Positions 1-9,208 of a stretch of DNA of 32,858 bases are shown here, piece after piece. The notes beneath the pieces were generated by a model that saw only the letters and a list, made by a program, of their open reading frames with translations, did not search any database and was not told the origin of the DNA. The position numbers were made by a program, and so were the translations under genes. The DNA is taken from positions 1 to 32,858 of the forward strand of contig JBIIFW010000001.1 of NCBI GenBank assembly GCA_044236985.1, read 5' to 3'. This DNA is from Bradymonadia bacterium. GTDB taxonomy: Bacteria > Myxococcota_A > Bradymonadia > REDH01. Within the stretch, counting starts at the first letter, position 1. The number at the start of each line of letters is the position of its first letter.

Positions 1-806
1 CGGCCGTGCTTCACTGCGCCTGTGCCGTTGCTTCGACCTTCGATGCAGGCAGAGCTGCCGATGCGGCCTTCATGGCGGTCAACGCGGATGGAACGGCCAA
101 TCTCGCGGACGAGGTGATGAAGGTTCCTGGGCTGCGCTTTGTGCAGGTCTCGAGCACGGCGGCGATGGGTGCACCGCAGACTGCGGTGGTGGGGCCAGAC
201 AGCCCCTGCCAGCCGAAGACGCCTTATCAGCGGTCGAAGCGGACGGCAGAGCTGCTGCTGCTCGAGCGGGCGGAGCGGGGGCTCAATGTGGTCATCGTCC
301 GCACCTGCGTTATCGCCGGTCCGGGCAAAGAGCGGAGCGAGCTGCTCAAGATGTTCAAGCTGGTGAAGGCTGGCCTCTTTCCCTTCCTGGGCAACAACCT
401 CGACATCCAGAAGCCGCTCATCGACGTTGACGATGTGGTGCAGGCGCTGCTTCTGGCGACCGAGCGTGGCACGGGCGGCGGTATCTATCTGGTGACTTCA
501 GGCGCCCGCCACACCATGCGTGAGATTCTGGAGGTGGCGCAGTCGCTGACAGGTGGACCTCGCACCCACGTCGCCATCCCTGTGGCTGCTGCCCGTCTCG
601 CGGCGCGCGCCTTCGCGCAGGCCGGCAGGTTCCTGCCAGACTGGAATGTGCCCATCACCGATGAGCGCATCGATCTGTTTCTGGCAGACCGCCAGATCGA
701 CATTTCGCGCGCGGAGCGCGAACTCGGCTATGCGCCGAAACACCAGAGCGTCGAAGAGATGCTGGGTGCCACCTACCGGTACTATCGGCAGCGAGGGATG
801 ATATGA
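1..806 (+). CDS. NAD-dependent epimerase/dehydratase family protein (extended SDR), N-terminus outside window
   Basis: The frame is open from the window edge to TGA 804-806. 'VQVSSTAAMG' (catalytic Ser strand), 'KTPYQRSKRTAE' (YxxxK) and 'NVVIVRTCVIAGPG' are the conserved blocks of sugar-nucleotide epimerase/dehydratase SDRs. The Rossmann GxxGxxG is not seen because it lies upstream. Confidence 0.75.
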   Translation, partial: AVLHCACAVASTFDAGRAADAAFMAVNADGTANLADEVMKVPGLRFVQVSSTAAMGAPQTAVVGPDSPCQPKTPYQRSKRTAELLLLERAERGLNVVIVRTCVIAGPGKERSELLKMFKLVKAGLFPFLGNNLDIQKPLIDVDDVVQALLLATERGTGGGIYLVTSGARHTMREILEVAQSLTGGPRTHVAIPVAAARLAARAFAQAGRFLPDWNVPITDERIDLFLADRQIDISRAERELGYAPKHQSVEEMLGATYRYYRQRGMI

Positions 807-1624
807 GCCAGACGAAGCATGAAGGCGCTGTGCGACAGCGCGAGACGGAGCCGCTTGGCATCACCTACGACCGGCTCCGGCTGGACGCGCTGCTCACGCG
901 GCTGGTGCGGGAGCGGGGGATCAAGACGGCGTTGGAGCTTCCGGCCGACGGGGCGAAGGCGATGCCCAGCATTTACAGTTTGGCGCTTGCCCGGGCTGGG
1001 GTCCATGTGACGCTCTATCGCCCGGAGGAGCAGGGGCTCGAGGTCTGGCGCCGGCTCGGGCTTATCGACAAGGTAACGGCCGTCTACGAAGGGACGCCGG
1101 CTGCAACGGGGTTGCCGGATCGGTCGTTCGATCTGGTCTGGAACTTCGTCTCGGTGGGTTTCCGCCCCGACTTTGGCGACATCATCGGCGAGATGGCCCG
1201 GCTGTCGAACCGGCATGTGCTGACGGTGCACTGCAACGGCTTCAACTGGGGCTATCCGTGGCACAAGCTGCTGCACGCGGCCTTCCGGCTGCCCTGGACG
1301 CATGGTGAGACAGCCTACTTCTTCCCGAACCGGGTCCGCGACGTCTACCGCGGTCGCGGCCTGAACCCCGCAGAGTTCGGCCACCTCGACATGCCATGGT
1401 GGCCCGACCCGCCCGGTTTCCGCGACGTGCGTCTGCACCTTTCGGGCGGCGACCGGGTGGAAGACCTCGAGTGGACCGCGCCGATTGAGGCCATCTACGC
1501 GGGCGGCGAGGTACCGAAGCTGGTGCAGCGGCTCGCGAAGATCGAAGAGAGCGAGATCCCGACCCCTGTTCGGACCGTCTTCAGCCATCTCTTCTATCAG
1601 CTCGGTGAGAGGACCAGCGCGTGA
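803..1624 (+). CDS. Methyltransferase-fold-like protein, function unknown
   Basis: ATG 803 overlaps the upstream stop (ATGA), with GAGGGA 6 nt upstream. 'ALELPADGAKAM ... VHVTLYRPEE ... FDLVWNFVSV' has the spacing of class I SAM-MT motifs, but the glycine-rich motif I is degenerate. GC3 codon bias is strong. Confidence 0.55.
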   Translation: MSQTKHEGAVRQRETEPLGITYDRLRLDALLTRLVRERGIKTALELPADGAKAMPSIYSLALARAGVHVTLYRPEEQGLEVWRRLGLIDKVTAVYEGTPAATGLPDRSFDLVWNFVSVGFRPDFGDIIGEMARLSNRHVLTVHCNGFNWGYPWHKLLHAAFRLPWTHGETAYFFPNRVRDVYRGRGLNPAEFGHLDMPWWPDPPGFRDVRLHLSGGDRVEDLEWTAPIEAIYAGGEVPKLVQRLAKIEESEIPTPVRTVFSHLFYQLGERTSA

Positions 1625-3507
1625 AAGTAGTCGTCGAGAGGTCGGGGGCAGCCCGGGCGGACGACGAGGCTGACGAAGAGGTTGCCCCGCGGGAGAATCC
1701 GTTCGAGCCGCACGCGGTCTGGTACTGGCCTGTGGCTCTGCTTCTCTGCCTGCTCGCGCTGGCTGTCATCTGGGTGCCCGCCTTTGTGCCAGGCCAGGAC
1801 ACGCCGGTGCACGCCTTCTTTGCGCGGGTGCTGCGTGAGCGGGGGCTGTTCGCGGGGATGCTGGAGGGGCGGTTCGCGCCGACCTCGCAGCTCTCGGTCT
1901 ATCTGAGTGTGCCGTTCGCTTCGCTTGAGCCCGCGCTGGTGGGCAAGCTGACGCGGACAATCGCTGGGGGGCTGCTGCTGGCAGCGATGCTGCTCTGCGG
2001 GCGTGAGACGGGTGAGCGGCGGCCCATCGGATTTCTGCTGGCGCCGGCGCTGACCTGCGCCTTTCCGCAGGCGATGGGTTTCGACAACTTCGCGCTCGGA
2101 ATGGCACTTGGTGTGCTGACGATCGCTGCGACGTTGCGGGCGCTCTCGGGGCGCAAGATTTGGTATCTACTTGGTTTGATGGTCGCGGGCATGCTGCTGG
2201 CGTTCGCCCATGCGGTGGCCTTCGGGTTGACCGCGGTGGTGGCAGGGATGCTGGCGCTGCTTCTCGCTACCGACCGGATGAGCACTCGGTTCGCACGGGT
2301 CGGCCTGACATTGATCGGGTTTCTTCCTGGGGGGCTCTACGCCATCGGGGCCACGCTATTGGTGACGGCGACGCAGGCGTCGAATGGCGTCTCGGAGGGG
2401 CTCGGCGTGCAGCGTCTGCCGCTGTTGGAGCAGGTGATGAACCTCTGGGAGGTATCGTTCGGTGGCTTCTCCGCGTTCGGCCTGCTGCCGGTCTTGGTGG
2501 CCTTCAGTGCGTTCCTGCTGCACCTTCGTGGGCGTTCGGAGGGCGGGCGCCGCACGCGTCTGTTTGTGGGCGTCACGACCGTGGCACTGCTCGGACTCTA
2601 CTTCGCGGTGCCGTTTCACATTCCGGGTTGGGCCTACGCGCAGCCGCGTGTGCTGGCGGCGCTCTTCACGCTCCTGCTGCCCTTCGCGGCATGGGGTGGC
2701 AAGTGGCGCTTCTTTCTACCGGCCTACAGCGGGCTCATCGCGGTCTTCCTCGGCGCGAGTATCGTCGGCGCCACTGCGATGGGCGAAGAGGTGCGGGGGG
2801 AGGTTTCACGGATGGGGCGGACGGGTCCGGGGCTGGTGATGCCGGCTGTAGTCTCGGGCGGTCGCACATCTGCGAACAGCTATGTTTCACCGCTTCAGAA
2901 CGCAGCCTACTATGCCCTGTGGGACGGCGGTGCGCTCCCGGAGATGTGGGTCAGCAACCCGGCGATTCACGCGGTGAATGGCGTTGCGGGTGTCGAGACT
3001 CCGCCCGCGCCGCCAGCCTACTTTGCGCGGTCGCTGGCCTGCGATGGGACGGTCACCTGTGAGGCTGCGCGGCGGCGGTTTGTGGACCGCATCGCGACGC
3101 AGGGCGTGGCGTTCGGACGGACGCTGTTGGTGGGTGCCGACGATGGCCTGCTGGCGCAATTCGGTGCGCGCGGATTCGTGCCGGTCGCACCGGCGCAGTT
3201 CACCGCTCATCCCGGTTCTGCACGGGTTCGATTCCGGATTCCTCCGGAGGCAGCGGCGCGGGCCGTTTCGATTCGGCTGGGCTACACAGGCTCGATTGGC
3301 TGGTTCGCCGGCATGACGCGCCCGGCTGGCCCGATTCCGGCCGATGGGATGGCCGAGGTCCGATTTGGCGGGCTGCCCGCGGGCGTCACGCAGCTGATGA
3401 TAACGCTCGACGCGTCGGAGGAGGCTTCGGCGCAGTCGCTCTATCAGGTGGAGTGGGAACAGGGCGCGGGCCGCGAGCAGGTGGTGACGCTCGGGGTCGA
3501 ACCCTAG
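1621..3507 (+). CDS. Polytopic membrane protein with soluble C-terminal domain (GT-C-like candidate)
   Basis: GTG 1621 overlaps the upstream TGA (GTGA), with GAGAGGA about 8 nt upstream. The first ~400 aa contain about 10 or more hydrophobic helices. An acidic motif 'GQDTPVH' follows the first TM. The last ~220 aa are non-hydrophobic. I recognise no family by eye. Confidence 0.65.
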   Translation: MKVVVERSGAARADDEADEEVAPRENPFEPHAVWYWPVALLLCLLALAVIWVPAFVPGQDTPVHAFFARVLRERGLFAGMLEGRFAPTSQLSVYLSVPFASLEPALVGKLTRTIAGGLLLAAMLLCGRETGERRPIGFLLAPALTCAFPQAMGFDNFALGMALGVLTIAATLRALSGRKIWYLLGLMVAGMLLAFAHAVAFGLTAVVAGMLALLLATDRMSTRFARVGLTLIGFLPGGLYAIGATLLVTATQASNGVSEGLGVQRLPLLEQVMNLWEVSFGGFSAFGLLPVLVAFSAFLLHLRGRSEGGRRTRLFVGVTTVALLGLYFAVPFHIPGWAYAQPRVLAALFTLLLPFAAWGGKWRFFLPAYSGLIAVFLGASIVGATAMGEEVRGEVSRMGRTGPGLVMPAVVSGGRTSANSYVSPLQNAAYYALWDGGALPEMWVSNPAIHAVNGVAGVETPPAPPAYFARSLACDGTVTCEAARRRFVDRIATQGVAFGRTLLVGADDGLLAQFGARGFVPVAPAQFTAHPGSARVRFRIPPEAAARAVSIRLGYTGSIGWFAGMTRPAGPIPADGMAEVRFGGLPAGVTQLMITLDASEEASAQSLYQVEWEQGAGREQVVTLGVEP

Positions 3508-5351
3508 TCGAGGGGTAGGTTGAGTCGGCGGGCCAGCTCGCGCACGGCAGGGTGGTCGGGCGCACGCTGACGGAGCCGGCCCCAGTAGGCGTCGCGCTGT
3601 TCGACGGCAGCGGAGCCAAGCGAGCTGTAGAAGAGGACGAGGAGGCTGTTGCTCTGGACGCCGTCGGGCGATGCTGCGTGCATGCGGAGGAGCTCATCTT
3701 CGATTGCCGCAAGCTGGCTGCGCTCACCGGCAGCGGCGCGGAGGGCCGCGCCAAGCGAGGCCACAGGGTCGGAGGGGCGGATGAACCGGAGCGCCTGCGC
3801 CTCGAGCGTCGGGTAGCGGCCGCGGCGGGCGTAGATCGTAGCCGGTTCGGACCAGAAGATGGGGACGAAGGCGGGGTCTCGGTCGAGGAAGCCGAAGGCC
3901 GGGCTAACACCGGGGTTGGCCGCAAGGACCCAGTCGCTCGAGAGACGCTGCTCGATGTCGCGGAAGGCGGCAGGGTCGTCTTCAGCGGTCACGCAGTCGA
4001 GGAAGAACTTGGGGTCGAAGACCATGTCGTTGCGACCATCGACCAATGTCTGCAGGCGCGGTGCGCCGGCCCAGATGAGGTAGCCGCCAAAGTGAAAGGC
4101 GTTGTGGACGCGGGGCCCAAGTTTGTGGGTCTGAGCGAAGGCGATGGCGGCTGCGGGCATCTGCGGCGACTCGCCCACACCAAGTTCGTGGGGCGCGGTC
4201 ACTTGGATGAGTGCGGCGCCCATGGCCGTGGCGGCAGTCACCGCCGAGGCCGACCGCAACGCTGGCAGCCGGAAGGCATGACGCTCGGCGAACCAGACCA
4301 GAAGCAGGAGCGCGGCGGCGGCGAGATAGGGAAGCCAGCGTACCGACCCCGGCGCCTGGGCGAGGAAGAGGAGAAGGACTGCCGCTGGCCAGGCGATACC
4401 TGCGAAGGCTGTGTCGCCGGCTGCGAGCCTTCGGAGAGCGATGAGGGCCGCGACCAGTGCGGAGGCGGTGAGGAGGAGGAGCGTCGGAAAGTGCTGCCAG
4501 GCCTCGTGCAGCGAGATGGGCTGGAACTCGGAGACATGCTGGCGGTAGATTTCGGTGTTCATGACACCGAAGGTGGAGGTGAGTAGTTCCTTGCCTGCGG
4601 GGTGCATCAGGGCGGCAACGAGGGGCGCAAAGGTGAGCAGTGCCGCAGCGACGAGGCCGCGGCGATCGGGCGGTGGCCCGAAGAGCTGTCGCGCTCTGTT
4701 CCAGCGCGCGAGGAGTCGTGCGGTAACGAGGTAGAGGAGCAGGCCTACGAGGAGCGGCGCGATGGCGAGGCCACCGCGGTGGAGCTGGAGCCAGGTGACC
4801 ACGAGCATCGCGGTGGCCCCGAACCAGGCGGCGAGTTCACGGCCTGGTGCGCGGCGCTGCGCGGCCGCGCGGGCCTGCTCGAGGAGGACCAGCGCAATCG
4901 GAAAGAGGGCAAGGGTGAAGAGGCGCGGCCGGGGTGTGGCGCTCATCGAAACCGCAGCAAGGTAGAGAGCGGCGAGCAGCACGGGCAGGAGGCCGCCACG
5001 GTGCGGGGCAAGCGAATGGAGCGCGGCGGGCAGCGGCAGGAAGAAGAGCGCCCCCAACAGCGCAATGGCTGCATATCCTGCAGCGGCGAAGGCGCCCCAG
5101 AGGAGGAGGTCGCCGCCGAGGTCTTTGATCCGCCACGGCTGTCCGAAATGGGAGAAGGAGAAGGGGTCGGTAGGGAGTGTGGAGCCGGTCGCTGCGGCGA
5201 GCCTTCCTGTTGCGAGATGCCAGAAGGCATCGGGGTCGCCTGTGACCCTCCAGGTCGTGGCGAGCCCCAGCAGGAGCCCTGCGACGAGCAACAGCCAGAG
5301 ACCACCCGGCGGGGCAGTCCGAGGCGCTGGCTGAGGCGTGTTTCCGTCCAT
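3504..5351 (-). CDS. Polytopic membrane protein with periplasmic C-terminal domain (GT-C-like candidate)
   Basis: The ORF is open to 5633, but I place the start at ATG 5351 ('MDGNTPQ...GGLWLLLVAGLLLGL'), just before the first TM. 'GDPDAFWHLATGR' follows TM1, and many TM helices fill the first ~400 aa. The soluble C-terminal part contains 'FHFGGYLIWAGAPRLQTLVDGRNDMVFD'. Confidence 0.7.
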   Translation of the reverse strand: MDGNTPQPAPRTAPPGGLWLLLVAGLLLGLATTWRVTGDPDAFWHLATGRLAAATGSTLPTDPFSFSHFGQPWRIKDLGGDLLLWGAFAAAGYAAIALLGALFFLPLPAALHSLAPHRGGLLPVLLAALYLAAVSMSATPRPRLFTLALFPIALVLLEQARAAAQRRAPGRELAAWFGATAMLVVTWLQLHRGGLAIAPLLVGLLLYLVTARLLARWNRARQLFGPPPDRRGLVAAALLTFAPLVAALMHPAGKELLTSTFGVMNTEIYRQHVSEFQPISLHEAWQHFPTLLLLTASALVAALIALRRLAAGDTAFAGIAWPAAVLLLFLAQAPGSVRWLPYLAAAALLLLVWFAERHAFRLPALRSASAVTAATAMGAALIQVTAPHELGVGESPQMPAAAIAFAQTHKLGPRVHNAFHFGGYLIWAGAPRLQTLVDGRNDMVFDPKFFLDCVTAEDDPAAFRDIEQRLSSDWVLAANPGVSPAFGFLDRDPAFVPIFWSEPATIYARRGRYPTLEAQALRFIRPSDPVASLGAALRAAAGERSQLAAIEDELLRMHAASPDGVQSNSLLVLFYSSLGSAAVEQRDAYWGRLRQRAPDHPAVRELARRLNLPLD

Positions 5352-5487
5352 GTTTCCGGAGTCCGAGAGAGAGCTGACTGCTACCGAGTGGCTGCGGTGG
5401 TTCGCAAGCCAAATGCCGTGGCGCGGGTGGAGTTTGACTGCTGCCCCTGCTAGCCGAGCAGAGAGATCCTGTCTTCTGGAGGCGCCG

Positions 5488-6252
5488 GTGCAACGCGAGC
5501 AATTTGAGCTGCATGCTGAGCTGGAATCGCGCCACTGGTGGTTTGTGGGTCGCCAGCGCGTGTTGCGGGCCATCGTGGAGCGGCTCGGCAGCCCCGTCGC
5601 CGGAGCAGAGATGTTTGAGTTCGGCTGCGGCACCGGCGGGACGCTGGCTGCGGTCGGAGGCGGCTATCGGTGCGCGGGTGTCGACCCGGACGCGGCGGGG
5701 ATTGCGGCGGCACAGCAGCGCTTTCCGCAGCATCAGTTTTCGGTCTGGCAGCCTGGTGAGCCCCTGCCGGCGGCGCTCGGCCGCGCTGAGGTCGTCTTGA
5801 TGCTGGATGTGCTGGAGCACATTGAGCGCTCGAGAGAGGCACTGGCTGCGGTCCTCGAAGCCATGAAGCCGGGTGCCCACCTGCTCATCACGGTGCCTGC
5901 AGACATGAGCATCTGGAGCGCGCACGACGAGCACTTTGGCCACTATCGACGATACGACGAGGAGATGCTGCGCTGGGAGTGGAGCGGCCTGGCTGTGGAG
6001 GTTCGCCTGCTGAGCCACTTCAACGCGCTGCTCCATCCCGTGGTGTCGGCAGTGCGTCGCGTGAATCGGCTGCGGGGCCGGTCGTCGGGCGAAGCGGGGA
6101 CCGATCTCTCCATGCCGCCTGATGCTGCAAATCGTCTCCTTACGCGGCTCTTTGCGCGGGAGCGGCGGGCGCTTGTTTCGGCGATCGACACGGGGCTTCC
6201 TGCCTATGCGCGCGGGGTGAGTCTGGTTGCGCTGCTTCGGAAGCTTCCTTGA
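5488..6252 (+). CDS. Class I SAM-dependent methyltransferase
   Basis: 'MFEFGCGTGG' is SAM motif I. 'VVLMLDVLEHI' and 'LLITVPA...WSAHDEHFGHYRRY' are also present. I chose GTG 5488 as the start because GGAGG sits 5 nt upstream. The ORF is open from 5338, which would overlap the divergent gene. ATG 5413 is an alternative start. Confidence 0.75.
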   Translation: MQREQFELHAELESRHWWFVGRQRVLRAIVERLGSPVAGAEMFEFGCGTGGTLAAVGGGYRCAGVDPDAAGIAAAQQRFPQHQFSVWQPGEPLPAALGRAEVVLMLDVLEHIERSREALAAVLEAMKPGAHLLITVPADMSIWSAHDEHFGHYRRYDEEMLRWEWSGLAVEVRLLSHFNALLHPVVSAVRRVNRLRGRSSGEAGTDLSMPPDAANRLLTRLFARERRALVSAIDTGLPAYARGVSLVALLRKLP

Positions 6253-6260
6253 GTCGGGCG

Positions 6261-7010
6261 ATGCTCGAGGCGCTGACCCTCGTTGTGCCATGTTACAACG
6301 AGGCGAGTCGCTTCGATGCGGGGCGATTCGGCGAGGCACTCGGGCGCTTTCCGGGGCTGCAGCTCCTGCTGGTGAACGACGGCAGCAGCGACGCGACGGA
6401 GGCGGTCATTTCAGCCTTTGCCGCGACCTCGGCAGGGCGGGTCCGGACGCTGTCGCTGGCAGAGAACTGCGGGAAGGCCGAGGCGGTTCGGGTGGGGATG
6501 GGGGCCGCATTGGATGGCGGGGCTGGCTGGGTGGGGTTCTGGGATGCCGACCTCGCCACACCGCTCGCGGCGCTGGAGGAGTTTTCGGCGGCGGCCGCGC
6601 GCCACGGCGAGGCGCGGGCCTTGATTGGGTCGCGCGTACGGCTGCTGGGCAGGGAGATCGACCGCAATCCGGTTCGCCATGTGCTGGGTCGGATGTTCGC
6701 GACGGCGGCCTCTGTGACGCTCGATCTGCCTGTGTACGACACGCAGTGCGGTGCGAAGATTTTCCTGGCCGATGAGACGCTTCGGAGCGCGCTGCAGGAG
6801 CCCTTCGCGAGCCGTTGGATCTTCGATGTGGAGCTGCTCCAGCGCCTCGACAGGGCCTGGCTGCGTACGACCGGGCGGCGTGCGACAGCCTATCTTGTCG
6901 AGGTCCCCCTCCTGGCCTGGCAGGATGTGAAGGGGAGCAGCGTGCGCGGTCGTGACTTCTTGCGGGCCGGTGCGGAGCTTGCGGTTATCCGGAGTCGCCG
7001 GGCCCGCTAG
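6261..7010 (+). CDS. GT2 polyprenyl-phosphate hexosyltransferase (ALG5/Dpm1/GtrB-like)
   Basis: 'LTLVVPCYNE', 'LLLVNDGSSDAT', 'FWDADLATP' (DxD) and 'YDTQCGAKIF' match the ALG5/Dpm1 'TQCGFK' block. At about 250 aa it has the typical size. TTG 6249 is an alternative start that overlaps the upstream stop. Confidence 0.85.
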   Translation: MLEALTLVVPCYNEASRFDAGRFGEALGRFPGLQLLLVNDGSSDATEAVISAFAATSAGRVRTLSLAENCGKAEAVRVGMGAALDGGAGWVGFWDADLATPLAALEEFSAAAARHGEARALIGSRVRLLGREIDRNPVRHVLGRMFATAASVTLDLPVYDTQCGAKIFLADETLRSALQEPFASRWIFDVELLQRLDRAWLRTTGRRATAYLVEVPLLAWQDVKGSSVRGRDFLRAGAELAVIRSRRAR

Positions 7011-9034
7011 GGAGTGCGACGGCTCGCCGGCTTGGGGCTGGCGGCTGGTGAGGGCGCCGCAGGCTGCGCGGCGGGCGCGGTGGCCCCACTACCCTCGGGG
7101 CGGGCGACCTCGACCTCCATGTCTGGGTGGTTCTTCTGCGCGAGTTCGGGGCGGAGGCGGAGTGCCTCTTGGGCAAGCGCGTTTGCAACCTGCGTGCGTC
7201 CCATCTTGCCCTCGACATAGGCGAGTCGAATCATCGCGACGGCGTCGGTAGGGTTGAAGAAGAGGACCCGCTCGAAGCGCTCTTTGGCCTTGGGCAGATT
7301 GCCGAGTCGCATGGCGATGATGCCAGATTGGAAGAGCGCGTAGTTGTTCTCGGCGTCTCGCGAGAGCGCCTGCTCCGCGTAGGTCTCCGCTTCGGCGTAA
7401 CGGCCGAGACGGATGAGGGTGATGGCGGTATCGAGCGGGACCTGTGCGCCGAGGCGGGGCACGGTGCAGAGGTGTTTGAGGATGTCGACGACCTCCTCGC
7501 CTCGGCCCTGCTCGACGCGAATGAGAGCGAGGACGCGGAGCGCCTCGGGATGGTTGGGGAAGGGTTTGAGGATCTGGCGCAGGTGCTCCTCTGCGAGGTC
7601 GAACTTCTTGAGGAGCGCGTAGCTGTTGGCGAGGTTCATATGGGCGACGTAGAAGTTGTCTTCGCCAGGCTTGGCGAGGCTCAGCACCTGACCGAGCAGT
7701 CGAACGGCAGGCTCGATCTGGTTGCGGTTGCGGTACTCGAGGGCGAGTTGGAGCCGGGCGCGCTGCGAGGTGGGGAAGGCTTCAAGGACCCGGGCTGCGA
7801 AGACGACGGGGTCGGCGAACTCCTTGTTGCGTGCCTGGACGCGAGCGCCGTAGCCACCGGCGACGAGCGCTGCGATGGTCAGGGCGACAAGTGCGCGGCG
7901 GGGCGGTGCTGCAAAGGCCAGTTCGAGTCCTCGGGCGACGATGACTGCCAGCCCGATGAGCGGCAGATAGAGGTAGTGCTCCGCGAGGAGCTCGTGGTGC
8001 GGGATGATGTGGCTGACGGGCAGCATGGTCACCCCGAAGAAGAGGAGCCCGAAAGCGACGATCGGGGCGCGGGCGACGGCAAAGAGTCCGCCGAGCCAGA
8101 CGAGGCTGACGAAGGCGAGGCCAAGGAGCGCGCGGGGGTCTGAGAAGCCGGCCGCGTTGGGGAAGGCGCTGTAGTCACCGACGAGCCGCGACGGGTAGAC
8201 GATGAGTTCCACGTAGCGTCCGTAGGCAGCCATGACGGTAGCGACATGGGTGTGGAGGCTGTCGCCGCGGATGTTCTGGGAGATCTGGGTCACATGGCCG
8301 ACCTTCACGGCCCAGAGGACGAAGATGATGCTGGCGCCGGTTACGATGACGATGGGGATGAAGAAGCGGTAGACGGCGCCGAAGATGGGTCGCCAGGGGC
8401 TGGGGAAGGTGGTGCCATCGCTGGCTGCAGCCATCATGGGGGTGAGCGCCACCATGAGTAGGAGGGTGGCTGGAACGGTCGCAGCCATCTCTTTGCTGAA
8501 CATGCCGAGCAGAAAACAGCTCGCAGCGACGAGGCCGCCGAACCACTTCCGCAGGGTGCTCTGCGAGGGCTGCGGCGCTGCGAGCAGGGCTGCGACGTAG
8601 AAGAGGGTCACGAGCAGATCGCGGCGCCCAGACATGTAGGTGACGGTGTCGGTGTGGACGGGGTGAATGGCCCAGAGGACGGTGCCGATCGCGGCGGCGC
8701 GCGGGTCGCGGATGATGCGTCGGATGAGGTTGTAGACAAGGAAGGTGGTGATGCCGTGCAGGAGCAGGTTGGTGAGGTGGTAGCCGTAGATCTCTCGTCC
8801 CCAGATGCGGTAGTCGATGGCGAGGGACATGTAGCGGACGGGCCGGTAAGAGCAGGCGTTGATGGTCGGCAGCGTGAGGACCTCGCCCCAGCTGTCGACA
8901 CGCCAGCAAGAGGTGTCGCGCCAGAAGATGAGGTCGTCGAAGGCAAGTCCGGCGTTGAGCGCTGACTGGAAGGTCAACACTGCGAGGAATGCTGCGAGGA
9001 TGCCCGCCAGGAGCGGAATGCGAGAAGGCTGCAT
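7007..9034 (-). CDS. TMTC-like membrane protein: N-terminal multi-TM GT-C-like domain plus C-terminal TPR repeats
   Basis: I place the start at ATG 9034 ('MQPSRIPLLAGILAAFLAVL'); the ORF is open to 9370. 'AFDDLIFW' follows TM1, and about 10 or more TM helices come next. Roughly 250 aa of TPR-like repeats follow ('YVAHMNLANSYALLKKFDLAEEHLRQILKPFPNHPEA...'). The tail is Pro/Ala-rich. Confidence 0.8.
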   Translation of the reverse strand: MQPSRIPLLAGILAAFLAVLTFQSALNAGLAFDDLIFWRDTSCWRVDSWGEVLTLPTINACSYRPVRYMSLAIDYRIWGREIYGYHLTNLLLHGITTFLVYNLIRRIIRDPRAAAIGTVLWAIHPVHTDTVTYMSGRRDLLVTLFYVAALLAAPQPSQSTLRKWFGGLVAASCFLLGMFSKEMAATVPATLLLMVALTPMMAAASDGTTFPSPWRPIFGAVYRFFIPIVIVTGASIIFVLWAVKVGHVTQISQNIRGDSLHTHVATVMAAYGRYVELIVYPSRLVGDYSAFPNAAGFSDPRALLGLAFVSLVWLGGLFAVARAPIVAFGLLFFGVTMLPVSHIIPHHELLAEHYLYLPLIGLAVIVARGLELAFAAPPRRALVALTIAALVAGGYGARVQARNKEFADPVVFAARVLEAFPTSQRARLQLALEYRNRNQIEPAVRLLGQVLSLAKPGEDNFYVAHMNLANSYALLKKFDLAEEHLRQILKPFPNHPEALRVLALIRVEQGRGEEVVDILKHLCTVPRLGAQVPLDTAITLIRLGRYAEAETYAEQALSRDAENNYALFQSGIIAMRLGNLPKAKERFERVLFFNPTDAVAMIRLAYVEGKMGRTQVANALAQEALRLRPELAQKNHPDMEVEVARPEGSGATAPAAQPAAPSPAASPKPASRRTP

Positions 9035-9208
9035 GGGACCGGCGCGGCGAGACGAGTGACGAGCCGACAGTGCGGCTGCGGTGCAGGGTATCGTAGCGGA
9101 ATGGCGACGAAAGGGATAAGAGAAAGCGAAGGCTCGGCGTTGGCGAAAGCGCATCCGATTGCCCGTCGCCCTACCCGGGATCTGCTCTTGTACGCCTTCC
9201 GATTCGAC

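Noticed and set aside
4837-6339. 500-aa minus-strand ORF spanning the divergent junction at about 5350-5490
   Set aside because: It is an Arg/Pro/Ala-rich low-complexity translation. It overlaps two well-supported genes on both strands and crosses a promoter region, so it is a shadow ORF.
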